This document shows, piece after piece, positions 39,054 through 53,203 of a stretch of DNA of 64,000 nt. Under the pieces are notes generated by a model. The model did not search any database and was not told the DNA's origin. It saw only the letters and a list, made by a program, of their open reading frames with translations. This stretch comes from Octopus vulgaris (taxonomy: Eukaryota): contig OX597814.1 of the NCBI GenBank assembly GCA_951406725.2, positions 14,942,001 to 15,006,000 of the forward strand, read 5' to 3'. A program made the translations under genes and the position numbers. The first letter of the stretch is position 1; the number at the start of each line of letters is the position of its first letter.

Positions 39054-40311
39054 GGCCGAATTTTGAATAAAGAAAACAAGTGATCAAATGTATTTAATTG
39101 AAATTTAATCATCAATGTACTTTCCCTGATTATCTATGACTTCCTTGCGTCTATTTATAAGCTTTTTAATCCCATCAATGTAAGACTCTTTTGGTTTCAA
39201 AGCGAAGAAATCTGAAATGTTAGATTTGACCTCCTCCTGGCTTGCGAAAGTTATGATCCCAACTACGAAACAACTACGAAGCAAATGGTAGTCTGAAGGA
39301 GTAAGGTCCGGCGAATATGGTGAATGAAGAATTTTTTCCCAACCAAGCCTTTCGATCTTCTGTGATGCGATCTTTGCAGTGTGGGGTCGTGATTTTCCTC
39401 ATGAAATATCATTTCTTTTCGATTAAAAAGAGCAGGTCTTTTTTTTTCAAAGCTTGGTTCAAACGCTCCAATCGCTGACAGTAGACTTGAGCATTGATTG
39501 TTCCATTAGGTGGTAACAATTCCAAGTAAATTACCCCTTTTCAAAACCACCAGATAGAGAGAAGAAATTATTTCCCAGGAAGTTCCCTTCTCGGTTGTGG
39601 TTGAGCTTTTTCCCTTTTACCAAGCCACTGTTTACGACGTTTAACATTTCGATAGAAGATCCATCTTTCGTTAGCAGTAGCAATTCTATCGAAAAAGGGT
39701 GAAATGAGTTCGGGAGAATGGAGAGAATAGCAGATGTCAACTCAATATTTGCGGTTGCTTTCGGTTAATTCATGAGGCATCCATTTTCCAAGTTTCGGGA
39801 CACTTCTAAGTTGTTAGAGGTCGATGAACAGTTGTATGGTTTGAACTAAGCTTTATTGCCAATTCATCAACTGATAATGCAGGATCTTCTTCAAGTAATG
39901 CCTCAAGGAGCTTATCATCAAACTCAACTGGACGTCCTGTTCGAGCTTCATCCTCAAGGCTGAACTCTCCACTTCTGAATTTTGCAAACCATCTTTTCCA
40001 AGTTCTTTCATTCAATCATTCTTTCCCATAAACTGAGTGTATGTTTCGAGTCGCTTCGGCTGCAGTGTTTCCTTTCTTGTACTCATAGAGCATTATGTGC
40101 CTCAAATGCTCTTTGGATACTTCCATGTTAGAAAGGGTTTTAATCAAAGAAATTTTAATTCTATTATTCTGTAAAATAATATTTAATTAGTCTAAATGTA
40201 CACAAATGCATAAAAATATTTTTTAATTCCATTAGATATTCTAAAATTCTTTTAAATTTCATTCAATTAAAAACAAGGTTAAATCGGACAGGACTTATGG
40301 GGATAACCTGA
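39054..40311 (-). mobile_element. Decayed mariner transposon, same family as 25460-26724
   Basis: Reverse-complement homology along its length; 5' TIR at 40285-40311; 3' TIR eroded by (TA)n. Confidence 0.92.
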
Positions 40312-40561
40312 TATATATATATATATTTATTATTTGAGGGAATAAAATCCAAACTTACAAGGAAAAAGAATTCAATTTAGAAATATTAAATCAAATTCCA
40401 CACAATATAATATATATATAAAATATTAGAAGAAAAAACCCACCTTTAATCAATTCAAGACAATTACATATAATTGAAAAGTTAAAAACTTTAAAATAAC
40501 AATTAAAAAGTAAAGATTAAGTAAATTGCAAAAATAATATAATGTATATAATAGGTAGAAA

Positions 40562-40648
40562 AACGACACGTGTTTCGCTGCTATATTTATGAAATGGGTA
40601 TAGTAGTAGATAAATCACTTGCATATAAATATAGTCACTCATCAGGTT
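40562..40648 (-). ncRNA. Type I hammerhead ribozyme (paralog of 34832-34918)
   Basis: aac-CTGATGA-gtgactatatttat...ataaatatagcagc-GAAAC-acgt-GTC-gtt. Confidence 0.72.
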
Positions 40649-41022
40649 AAAAATAAAATAGAACAATAAAATGATTAATTAGTAAATATACTTTAATATA
40701 TATATATATATATATAAATTCTAAATATACATAAGTGAAAAATAAAATAATACTTCAATGATTAAATACTTTCAAATTAAATAAGATACACAACGCTATT
40801 ACAAGTCATTTAATTTTAATCAAAATAAGAAATGATTCAAATATTGACAAACTCCTTACATAAGCTAACCATATAATAAATATACATGTGTAGTATCTAT
40901 AGATTTAATATAACAATCTATAACAAAATTGACTAAATATCAAATAATATAATACCTAAATAACTTCAATTTAGTATTACAAATACATAATCCACCTATA
41001 TATCAATAAATAATATAATATG

Positions 41023-41064
<42 letters not shown>

Positions 41065-41763
41065 GAAATGAGGTAATCAGATGATCGGATGGTTCATATT
41101 TATAGATATTTATTTATATATTACATTTGTTACATATATATATATCATATATATATATATATATATAGCGAGAATAATACGTTAAAGGAAAGTAAGAAAC
41201 CTATCAACCCCAAATTAACGGAAGCTGCTAAAATATTAGAACCAAAGAAGAATACACTATGAAGATGTACAATCACAATCACCAGTCCTCTGCCAAACCA
41301 GTCAATAACATTAACAATAATAAAAACGATCTAAGTTCAACGATTCTGATTAATCTATGTAGATTTTAAAATTATAAGCGTCTTATTAATCAACTCAATC
41401 GATTCCATTCATGAAAATACAATCAAAAATTTGAAATAGTACAAATACACTCAAATCCATTATATAAACTGGTTATATTAATATCCATGTATAAAATCTA
41501 TAGATTTAATATATCACACGATAAAAAGTTAAACATAAATATTATATTGAAATAAAAACTAGTTAATTTAAAAATAATACTATTTAATGAAAATATTATC
41601 TAATTTTAATAAGAAATAAAGTCTAAGAATCATAAATTCTCAAATTAAATAATATGTAAAACGTAAAATCTTTTATAACAATTAAACATCGGACGTAAAA
41701 CATACTATCAAGAAACTATAAATAAATAAAAATATTACATCAAACAATAATAATATCAACAAT

Positions 41764-42165
41764 AGGCGTAGGAGTGGCTGTGTGGTAAGTAGCTTGCTAA
41801 ACAACCACATGGTTCCGGGTTCAGTCCCACTGCGTGGCACCTTGGGCAAGTGTCTTCTGCTATAGCCCCGGGCCGACCAATGCCTTGTGAGTGGATTTGG
41901 TAGACGGAAACTGAAAGAAGCCTGTCGTATATATGTATATATGTATATAATATAGATATGTATGTGTGTGTGTTTGTGTGTCTGTGCTTGACAACCGATG
42001 CTGGTGTGTTTATGTCCCCGTCATTTAGCGGTTCGGCAAAAGAGACTGATAGAGTAAGTACTGGGCTTACAAAGAATAAGTCCCGGGGTCGATTTGCTCG
42101 GCTAAAGGCGGTACTCCAGCATGGCCCCAGTCACATGACTGAAACAAGTTAAAGAGTAAAGAGTA
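41764..42165 (+). mobile_element. SINE family A
   Basis: ggcgtaggagtggctgtgtggtaagtagcttgc...aaagagtaaagagt. Confidence 0.9.
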
Positions 42166-43244
42166 ATAATAATAATTTCAAACACACAACGGTTCAATAT
42201 TCAAATGAAGAGAAAAGATAAAATCAGACTTAGCTTTAGCGAAGAATGAAGAGTAACTGATTTTTAAAAGAGATATATATTTTTAAGGCGTTTCTAAAAT
42301 TATCGTGTGGATACATAGTTCAAAGAAATAGAATAAATCCTTAATGAACGTGGCGGAAATTTTAAAAACGAAAAATATGAAAAAAACATTTATAAAATTT
42401 ATCTCGTGGAATACAATAAATACTCAATGAACGTGGCGAAATTACTATGAATGAAAAATCCGAAAAGACGAAAAAACTTAAAGCCTCATGAAAAAATAAG
42501 ATTTGAGAAAAACACAACTAATGGAGAAAGTAATATAAAGACACGCAAATAAAAATAACAGACACCTATCAATAACAAAAATAATCCCAGCTAAACACTA
42601 AACCTCCAAAAAAAAATACAAATGCAAAGTAAAGGAGAAAATAACGTTGCTAAGTTAATTAGAGAAAATCACTAGATTATAAATGTAAAGAATAATACTA
42701 AGCGTCTATAAGAAATAAAACCCGTGGAGACGTTGCATGGAAAAATAGAACATAAGTATTAATGAAAAAGGTTAAAGGAAATTATTAATGAAATACGGGA
42801 ATTATCTAAACTTCATGAATGAAATATAGTTAATAAAAGTAGTAATAGTAAAAATAGTATATTAAGTATTACTTGTTCATCAACACTACCCGGATCCTAT
42901 AGCAAGCTATACGCGATTATAAATATTATTATCATTAATATTATAATGATTAACATAAAAATGAACATTATCAATATCATTATAAATAATTACCATCACT
43001 AACAAATTCCAATCTACAACAAACTACCAACTGACGTCAAATTCATTCACAGCCGACTATTTCCGACCATTAAACCCTTCCTAAAGATTCCAACAGATGA
43101 AGCCCAAAACTCATCTCAAACTCACCGTCAAATATTATTCATCATTATTTAAAAAATATAATATGAGTCATAATAAAACAGTAGTAATTTAATTATTCAC
43201 ACACACACACACACAGACACACAAACACACACACATATATATAC

Positions 43245-43342
<98 letters not shown>

Positions 43343-43986
43343 GTATATATATATATATGTATAATTACATATATGTATGTTTGTGTGTATGTTTATTATT
43401 ATTATTGTTTTTTATTGTATTTTTGTTTTTATATTCGTGTAACATCGTCTGTTTTACCGTCCTTGTTTCGTACACATTCGATGCTTTTTTCCAAGGAATC
43501 TAATGCTCTTAGCTTAGTTTTCCTTGAGGCTGGCCAGATTGGAGCAATCTGAAGATTAATCAGCCGAAATTGCGAGGATGATCCGGTTCTTGACTGAAGA
43601 TTAAAGGCCTTCGAATGACTCTTCCGTGTTTTTTTGTATCGTCTATCTGTATGTTTTGTAGTCCCTTTTTGTATCATCTAGTTGTCCAGATGTTTTGCGT
43701 TCTTGTCCCATTTTGTATTTTATTATATATATACATATACATACACACACACACACACATAGACACATATATAATTGATAAATATCCGGGTAGGAAAAAG
43801 TTTAGCCATTTTTACTACCAGTGGCCTAGCAAGTAAAAAATTAGTCATGGTCCAGGAGAAATATGGTAAATGGTTTTACTTTTCATTCCCTTCGAAATTC
43901 TCCCTAATTCTGGATTTTAGCTACTCCTTCTAGCGTGTTAGGTATCCTATGATGGTTATCTCTTATGTGTTTAAATGTACACTGTA

Positions 43987-44037
<51 letters not shown>

Positions 44038-44039
44038 TT

Positions 44040-45360
44040 AATTAATCCAAACATGGAAACATGAAGAGAAAACACAACAACGCAAGAACGTGGAACAAAT
44101 ATAGTATTATTGGACGCTCAGGAAGGAAGGGAAGAAGGAGGGTTTTACGTTTCGAGCGGAGCTCTTCGTCAGAAACATAGGAAAAGGAAAGATCCAGAGA
44201 AGGGAAAACGGAGGAATAAAATCGCCAACGGTACACACGCGGAGGGAGAGTTTACGAAAAAACAAAAGACGAAGACAGGTGGTCTACAAAACAAACAGGT
44301 GTATGAGTATAACGCTCAGGAATAGAAAAAGTCTTTTACGTTTCGAGCCTACGCTCTTCTACAGAGAGGGACATAGAAAAAAACAAGGAGAGAGACAGAC
44401 TGAGCTAAAAAAAAAAAAAGCCGGAAAATTGATTTCATAACATTTATCAAGAAAAGGTCTTACAGCTGTTTCTGGTATATTTTGTATATCTCTTCATCCG
44501 AGACGGTGCGAGAAAATGTTTGAATATTAATTATTGTAGAGAAAGTATGAAATACAAAGGGAAGTAAGGGAATGAATATAGAAGTGATACATAAGGATAT
44601 TGTATTTGCAGCTCCATTATGCAAATAGAATGGTGTATACAAGTGGTGAAAAAGTTTTTCTCAAGAAATTTTCTTGTACCTGGTGTGAGTTCCGATGGGA
44701 GTTATATTTGTCATTCCAAGCAGAGAGCCCGTGTTTGGAATGTAAACAGTGTTGGTCGATCGAGGAGTTTCTTTGGTGTGAATTTAAATGTCCTGGTAGT
44801 GTTAATGGATAGATAGAGGGAGGAGAGATGTGTATGATTAGAAAAATGAGATAGGTCAAATCAAAAATAGGAGGAGAAAATGGAAGGAAAAAGAGGAGCA
44901 AAAGGGAGGGAGAAAACAAAAAAGAAATGAAGAGAGAGGGAACAAAATGAGAGAAGGTTTACTTACTTGTACTAGTGACGGCGTTCACCCAGGGCGGGTT
45001 GAGCCGGCTTCTTCTCTGGTCCTAACGGCATTATGAACCATTGCGGCCCAGGCCATGGAACGTAATGAGAGAGCGTGTGTTAGATAGTGGCCAGAATAAA
45101 GTGATAGAAGGAAGGGAGAGGTGAGGGGGAGAGGGAGAAGAAGAAGTGAGATAGTAGGGAGTAAAAGATTGTGAGATATGTGAGTAGGGGTGGTGTGATA
45201 GAGCTGTATTAAGGGATGGGTACAGAAAAGGTAGAGAGAAGATAAGTGTGGGGTGATATGTAAATGGATATTCGTTTTTGATAGTAAAAATTGAGGTGAA
45301 ATGTAGAATATAAGGGCGCCAAGTTGCTATAGACATGTGTGGCAGGTTAGTTGGAAAAGA
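44040..45360 (-). mobile_element. Penelope-like terminal-repeat region and degenerate element with tandem hammerhead motifs
   Basis: 44100-44240 is homologous to 12830-12970 at the end of the other Penelope element; hammerhead motifs at 44142, 44333 and 44458. Confidence 0.6.
44142..44176 (-). ncRNA. Minimal type I hammerhead ribozyme
   Basis: gttt-CTGACGA-a-gagc-tcc-gctc-GAAAC-GTA-aaac; intact core, stems I and II, palindromic ACGT stem III. Confidence 0.8.
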
Positions 45361-45392
45361 AAGAATGAATGTGTGAATATATATATATATAT

Positions 45393-45453
<61 letters not shown>

Positions 45454-46659
45454 AGGAAAGCGAGAGACAGAGAGAGAGAACAGTTGATTTTCATAATCAA
45501 ATAGAAACTGGAGCCCTATTTATTTAATTTAAAATAATATGACCCAATGAGGACAATTAGTATTTCAAAATGCAAATTCACCCCTTATAGAACAGCTTAT
45601 TTTTTTCCATGATCACTCTATATTTATTCTAACTATCATCCTAACATTAGTTATATATATTACAACTTTATTAATAACAAATAAATTTTCTTCATTAATA
45701 ATTACAGAAAGTCAAAAAATTGAAACAATCTGAACAATCATCCCCAGAATCATCCTACTTTTTTCTCGCATTACCATCCTTAAAATTACTATATCTACTG
45801 GATAAATCTATTAACCCACTCCTTACGATTAATGCATTGGGACACCAATGACATTGAAAATATGAATATTCAGATTTCATAAACATCGAATTTGATTCAT
45901 ATATAATTCCTTTTAAATGAACTAAATGAAGGTAAGAAGAACAAGGTAAGAGGTGCGAGACAAGAATAGACATATATGTGATTTTATAAAGAGAAAATTA
46001 TAGTTCGACAAGTATTTCTCCTTATGAGGAAGTTTCAGTGTGTTAGATATAGTGTACAACTTTGTGTAATATCCTACTCAAGTTATGCAATTAAACTATT
46101 CTGATTTACTAATTCATTTATACATAAATCTGTATAAGCATTCTGTGAATTAGCGTTTGCTTAACTGAATAGTCTATCCCTATGAAGAATCGCCAATCGT
46201 ATTTGAATTACGTTTTCCAAATCAAGGCATTTCTGAAATCTGAAAGCGAAACTAGGCCGCTAACCACTAAATTCTCGAAATGTTTGACGTCTCTCTAACC
46301 AAAATTTTCTGCTGCATTGTTGTTCAAAGATATCAGCTTCGCTATTGTTCTCCGCAATTTTACTGATAAAGATAATAAATTATTGTCAAATTTGTATTTA
46401 TACATTAAGGTTGAAATTATTTTCGACTATGTCGCCGGTCAGATAAGTGGATTTTATATTCACTATATTTGTTTTCAAAAATTCATTTAACGTAGCGTCT
46501 CCAAGCATTCAGCTAATGTATTTTAATCATAAGAATGTAAACAATACAGTCGACGATATGTCTGTCTATCTATCTATCTATCTATCTATCTATTATCTAT
46601 CTATCTATCCATCTGTCTGTCTGTTTAACTATCTATCTTTCTATCTATATGTATCTATG

Positions 46660-46731
<72 letters not shown>

Positions 46732-46739
46732 TACATATG

Positions 46740-46793
<54 letters not shown>

Positions 46794-46814
46794 CATATGT
46801 ATATACATATGTAT

Positions 46815-47351
46815 ATATGCAATGAATTTGCAGTTGAAAAAATTGTAGCTGACATGGAAAACTGGAAGCCATCTGAATATTCGAAAAAAGTTACCGGTAT
46901 CATGATGGTTCTCGCTGGATGACATCATGATAGCAGCTCAGTGTTCTGTGAATTATGTAAAGGTTGCAAGCCGTAACAAGGACAAATTCTACGAAGATTT
47001 CGAAGCAGTGACCACAAGGAAGGGACACAGCACGCGTTCTTTCTGCGTATACTCACCGAAATTCGTGCCCACATTTTGAACGGGTCATTAAGGTCAATTC
47101 AGATGGCTATGTGAAACCCCTGGACACTGATCATTCCCTGGTTGCAGAGCGTTGCTGCTGGAAGGCCATACGTGTGACAGCATGAATCGGCTTTTTGCCA
47201 TACTTCCGAAATGCGTTAAAAGTGGTCATCAGAGAATTTCTACATCACTAGCCTCAATTTCTGGCCTCTTAATTGCCTCGACTGTAAATCCATGAATTAT
47301 GACGGATCGCGGTCAGAAAGACACCAAACAAGGCCAAACTGGTGGTTAAGA

Positions 47352-47355
<4 letters not shown>
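46815..47355 (+). mobile_element. Highly decayed maT/Tc1-mariner fragment
   Basis: IPWLQSVAAGRPYV*QHESAFCHTS and FWPLNCLDCKSMNY, related to 1583-1870. Confidence 0.6.
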
Positions 47356-47395
<40 letters not shown>

Positions 47396-47488
47396 ATACA
47401 TATTTATATATGTGAGAATTTTGCTTTAGAAGACAGCTCAATATGAGTGTCTGGATTTTGTACAGCCACTGAAAACCATTTTCCTGTG

Positions 47489-47528
<40 letters not shown>

Positions 47529-47749
47529 CGTATTACAACAAATCGTTAACAAGATTCGTTACATTGTCTTTAACGTAAATGTAATTATGGATAAATTAGA
47601 ACTGTGATGAAAGAAAAGACTATATGAAAGCTAGCAGAATTTCTTTGAACACTAAACCCACGTAAACTTCGAATAATAATCTGCAAGAGAGTAAATGTGC
47701 AACAGTATTAACTATAATGATCAAGTGTAGTGATTCTAAATGGTGTTAT

Positions 47750-48010
47750 CATTTTGATCACTTTGACCGACCAGTCCATCAGGCGTCCATTTGACACCGC
47801 TGGTCACAGCACGCTGTCCACTCCTCTCTGGATCGCGCCTTTCTCATCCACGTGATCCCAATCGTCCTCTTGAAATCGTCACTCCACCGTCGTAGAGGTC
47901 TTCCGGGTGGTCTTTTCCGCTCACGCGGGTACCACTTAACAACTGCGTGCGTCCACCGATTATCGGTGAGGCGGGCGACGTGTCCAGCCCATCTATACTT
48001 GCTGCGAGTG
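47750..48010 (-). mobile_element. RTE-type LINE 3' fragment
   Basis: Minus strand WAGHVARLTDNRWTHAVVKWYPRERKRPPGRPLRRWSDD. Confidence 0.8.
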
Positions 48011-48040
48011 TAATAATATTATTAAAATGTGTTTACTTAC

Positions 48041-48600
48041 AGCAGGTACCTTGATTGTAATGCTCGATTTCTTCGAAATGAATACGGATTACTTGTTAGT
48101 AACAAGAGAGTCAAGAGCAGTATAGCATTATTTTCAAATAGAGACTAATTATGTTGTCCTCTAGATGTGATTTGCGGTCTTAATAATATTGGATGTCTTG
48201 ACTTTGCTTAGACATAACGGAACTACCACGGATAAAGCAAGTTATTGTTTTTCAACACAAGTAGAAGGAAGTAACAAAATTTCGGAAATGCATTTTTCCG
48301 TTAAGTTTGTAAATCCGGCGGTAATCGATTATATTGAACGTTTTTGACCGACATAATTCTTGGAAAATGGGTTAAAAGGAACAGGACATATATTTAATTG
48401 ATTTTGTATTAATCCACGTTGCATGGGAGCGGTGTTTGTGATTATCATTGATTCATATGTACAGGAAATTACAAAACATTACGTTTCTAATCTATATTTG
48501 AATAGTATCTGTGTATGTTAGGCAGCAAATATTTTTTTGTTTTCAAATTTCAAAGATTATATTTGAGTAAGGAGGATACATATGTGAAACGCGGCATTCA
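48041..48600 (-). pseudogene. IL17: IL-17 pseudogene C promoter and exon 1 (48041-48055) with ATG>ATC
   Basis: Minus strand gagcattacaATCAAGGTACCTGCT|GTAAGT; upstream module homologous to the others (aaaaatgcatttccga, aatcaatgataatcacaaacaccgc). Confidence 0.82.
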
Positions 48601-48771
48601 AGTAGCAGTTAGCTAAATTGATAGTTGGACGTCAAACCGGGAAGATCCTATTACTAATATAGAATATAGTAAATAAATATTTCCACTTAAATTTTGGACC
48701 TTTGGATCTATTGTATTTTTCCCATTGAATTCGGCATTTTCCTTTCATTTCCATTCACACATACCGCATTC

Positions 48772-48843
<72 letters not shown>

Positions 48844-48982
48844 TTATTTATCTATCTATCTATCTATCTATTTATCTATTTATCTATCTATCTATCTTCT
48901 TGATCATTGTAAACCTACTTTTGGGTCACCTTATACATATATGTGTGTGTATCTCTCTATATATGTATCCAGCCAACCAGCC

Positions 48983-49036
<54 letters not shown>

Positions 49037-49491
49037 AAACACAATGAACAACATATTTCAAGCATTCCTGTTGACTTTTTCCATCTCATTGTTTAGTTAC
49101 CATTGATAAGGTTCAGAGACCAACTAAATCTGATAGTCTAAATGTACTTCTGGGTACCAAACCAGGAATATTGAATTACTCGCGCATATATACACATTAT
49201 ATATATTTACAATTTTTACAATCCAGCCGTCCTTTCAATCGTAATTTCGTCTTTCTGAACCAATGGATCATGAAGTGACTTATATATATATATATATAAT
49301 GGAACTGTGATTATGTATATCACAATAAATATATATAAATCGAAACAATTTGCTGGCCTTTTAAACGGTTTTTATAATTATCTATATAATATTATGTTAT
49401 ATATTATATTCATGGTATTTAATGCAGTATTGTAATAGAGATAAATTATTGAATTTCAATAGAATATCTCTAAAACTTAATTTATCTGTTT

Positions 49492-49512
<21 letters not shown>

Positions 49513-49529
<17 letters not shown>

Positions 49530-50195
49530 ATTTGGCTCAAAAGCAAATAGCAAGGCCATGTAGGGAGACATGGAGTTAAGTACAGGGTGGTGTTCATGTA
49601 AAGAGTTCAGGCCACTTGAGGTCAAGGGAGGCTTTGAACAAAGCGGTCGTCGGCATCTTCACCATCTCGTCTGGCAGCTTGTTCCACGGATCCGCAACCC
49701 GGACGGAGAAAGCTCCTCTCCTTCGATTGAGATGAAATCGTCGCAGGTAGAGCTTTTCGGAATGACCCCGCAGCCGACGCTCTGGAGCAGGAGTGAAGAA
49801 CAGCTCTTTCGAGAGGTTACACTTTCCGCTTATGATGTTGTGGGCGAGAATGAGATCACCACGGCGGCGGCGTTTTTCAAGAGAATAAAGGTCGAGCGTC
49901 CTCAGCTTTTCTTCGTAGGACAAATTTTTGAGACCATGAACCATGCGGGTAGCCAGCTTCTGGACTCTTTCGAGATGCTGTATGTCTTTGAGGAGATAAG
50001 GAGAAGAGGCTTGAATCCCGTACTCCAATATGGGTCTCACCAGCGTGACATAGAATGGTAGGAATATGGCTGCTGTGAACATTCCAAATGACCGTCGAAT
50101 CAAGAACAGAATTCCGCGTGCTTTGTTGGCAGCATGGACGCACTGGGCCGAAGGCGAAAAGGAGGAATCCACCAAGATACCCAGGTCCTTTATCT
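49513..50195 (-). mobile_element. CR1-clade LINE 3' fragment with (TAAC)n tail
   Basis: LVRPILEYG...LERVQKLATRMV...YSLEKRRRRGDLI...RGH...FSVRVADPWNKLP; the ORF is still open for 193 aa. Confidence 0.92.
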
Positions 50196-50287
50196 AATCG
50201 GTATATTATATGTATGTATATATGTATATATATATATATATGTATTATATGTATGTGTATATGTATATATATATATATACATGTATG

Positions 50288-50328
<41 letters not shown>

Positions 50329-50385
50329 GCATACATGTACACATATATATGCATTTAGACATACATACATACATACATGCATACA

Positions 50386-50469
<84 letters not shown>

Positions 50470-51189
50470 TAAGATTCAGGTGTATCAAGCACTTAAAGAA
50501 TGCTAAGGCAAAGGGTCGAGTTAAAATTATATGCATACACAGCAACTATAGACGAATACAAATGTTGGTATCGAAGTAGAGGCGGCAAGATATTCAGTTT
50601 ATGTGCACAGTTAATTGAACTCTGCTAAGTATATTACTAGCCCCTGTGCTAACCCAGAACTGCATATTGTATTAAATAATACAATATCTATCTATCTATC
50701 TATGTAGCGGCCATTGCGGCCATAATTTATTTCGGAACACTCGAGGTGCAGGTTCCGAAAAAGGTGAATCAGAAATTAATAAATAACAAACGATGGAAAT
50801 TTGTCAATTCATTACAACTGTTTTCAACAGAATTTGTATTCACTAATGGGTACATTATATCATTAAAAGAAACCATTTTCTTTATATGAGTGCGCAAACC
50901 ACAATATTAGGAACGTTCAAATACATTTCAAAATACTTGAAATATTTAATAATTTAAAAACATTTTCCAGCTCTTTCAGCATGCTGAACTGTTAATCTCT
51001 ACACATTTTCCTCCCTCTGTTTGCTTTTTCATTCTCTCTCATTTTAATCCTTTCTCTCGAAGCGCGTAGGCTCAAAAGCTAAAGAACCTTTCCATTCTTC
51101 CCGAGCGTTAATTTCGGGCATTTGCTTGTTGTTCCTTCTCATAACTTCGTCTTTTGTTTTCTGTAAAGTTAAACTATATATATATACCT

Positions 51190-52100
51190 ATCTTTCTAAC
51201 CTTCCATGTCAGCAAAGTCATTGACTGCCTTGTCAGAAAGGGATTCATTGCGTCCCTTGAAGATACTGACTTGCTACCTAACGCCCAGCTAGGTTTCCGT
51301 TCAAGAAGAAGCCAGGCTGTAGCAGCTATTGGAGCTCTCTCCAAGAAGACACTAACAGAGAGTGGAGTGCCTCACAGAACTATGTAGCGGCCGTTGCTGT
51401 TCATGGTCGCTCTTTCAGACATGCTATCAGTTACACAGACAGCCACACTTATTAGCTATGCCGGCGACACAAAAGTAGTACAAGCAGTCAAGGAACTTTC
51501 TGATGCTAATCTTCTACAGAAAGACCTAGATGCAATACATAAATGGGCTGAGGAAACCAACATGCAATTTAATGTAGGCAAATTCCAAGCCCTCCGCTAC
51601 CAGCTGATTTGTGCTCAGGAGATGTAACAACCATACTTTGGGCCAAAAGGAGCGGTAACCCAGAATTAGATACAGTGCGAGATCTCAGGACTGATATGAA
51701 CAATGATGCCTCGTTTCAGACTCGTATCACCAAGATGCTAACACTGTGCAGGCCAATGGCTTGTTGGATTCTGAGAAGCTTCAGAAGAAGAGACCAGGAA
51801 ACTATAGTGATACTATGAAGGATATTTGTCCTCAGCCGTTTGGACTACTGATCTCAACTATGGTCACCTTACAGTGTCAGATTAATAGCAGAACTTCAGG
51901 CGATTCAGCGATGTTACACAAAGAAGATTGCAGCAATGGAACAGCTGGGCTACTGGGAGGGAACAAAAGAGATTCGACTCTTCTCTCTGGAGCGACGAAA
52001 GGGAAGGCATGCAGTGATATATGTATGGATGATCGTAGAGAGGCACACACCAAACTTTGGAAGCGAGAGCTATACTAGACCTCGAACTAGACCCATGATA
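51190..52100 (+). mobile_element. Old fragmented CR1/L2-group LINE RT remnant
   Basis: QLGFRSRRS, SGVPH, SYAGDTK, LQKDLDAIHKWAEETNMQFNVGK, SLERRK. Confidence 0.82.
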
Positions 52101-52973
52101 AAACAGCGTGGGTTGCAAGAAACGAAACAAAAGATTATGATCAGTGTAAAACGGCAAAAAATTTATGTTGAGGTAAATGGCAGAAAACAAGTATCGATTA
52201 AAGTTGTTGATTCAAGGGTAAAATTGCTGTTGTGTAATTGTTACCGGTTGACATACACGAAATATTGAAGTGGCTGTAGATCATAGAGCTTCTATGCTGA
52301 AAATGGCCATTTCAGTAATTCTGTCCAATTGGTTATCTCTAGAGAACAACGTTTCCGAGCCTTTCTTCATGCACAAGTTGAACTTTTGACCTTTTGGTAC
52401 AATATTTAGTGAAACAAAAAAAAAAAAACCCCAAAAAACCCCATCGGATGTTGTTTGACGTGGATTTCCTTTTAGATCATGATTGTATTACTGTATGATT
52501 TGACACATTGAAGTGCCAAGAAAATACATAAGTGCGTGACATACTCCTTGATTTAAAAGTGTTGAAAGTCACGTATACGAAGACTCTTGAAACAGTGTTG
52601 GGGTCGACTATACACTTTTCGTCAATGTCAGCTGCTAAGCAGTTTGCATTGAGTGGACGAATGTTGGCATCGGTGAAACTGTAAGATTACAGGAAGTGCT
52701 TTTGTTTCTTTTGTTGCATTTGTGGAGTTTAGAAGAAGCTAGAATTTAGTGAAAATCAGTAGTGTAGATGTATGAAATTTTGACGGTGTCATAGTTAGAT
52801 ATATTCTAGTAGTTATATTGCAAAGAAAATCGTTTTTAAAATAGAATGATGTATCGCCAATACAGCGACATCAATATTGTCTGGAGGTGGTAATCACCTT
52901 ATATATATTTCTACGTATGTTGCATGCATGAATGTATTGACCCACCTCTCTATGTGTACAGGTTTGTGTACAA

Positions 52974-53203
52974 GGCGGCGAGCTGGCAGAAACGTTAGCA
53001 CGCCGGGCGAAATGCGTAGCCGTATTTCGTCTGCCGTTACGTTCTGAGTTCAAATTCCGCCGTGGTCGACTTTGCCTTTCATCCTTTCGGGGTCGATAAA
53101 TTAAGTACCAGTTACGCACTGGGGTCGATGTAATCGACTTAATCCCTTTGTCTGTCCTTGTTTATCCCCTCTGTGTTTAGCCCCTTGTGGGTAGTAAAGA
53201 AAT
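52974..53203 (+). mobile_element. SINE family C
   Basis: Homology to 16294-16514; flanking duplication of acaggtttgtgt. Confidence 0.9.

Larger units (their letters stand above)
31590..40715 (+). repeat. Recent segmental tandem duplication: 31590-33960 = 34990-37350 and 34000-34980 = 39720-40715
   Basis: Near-identical blocks, e.g. ttacatgcacatataaatatg at 31610 and 34998, and atagcagatgtcaactcaatatttgcggttgc at 34009 and 39727. Confidence 0.95.

Noticed and set aside
43520-43620. CTGAAGA...GAAA motifs (also ~59740-59890 and 63900)
   Set aside because: Stems or cleavage triplet are not convincingly formed; at best relics, not counted as ribozymes.
49570-50061. 163-aa + strand ORF, repeated at 59276
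   Set aside because: Antisense frame of the CR1 fragment.
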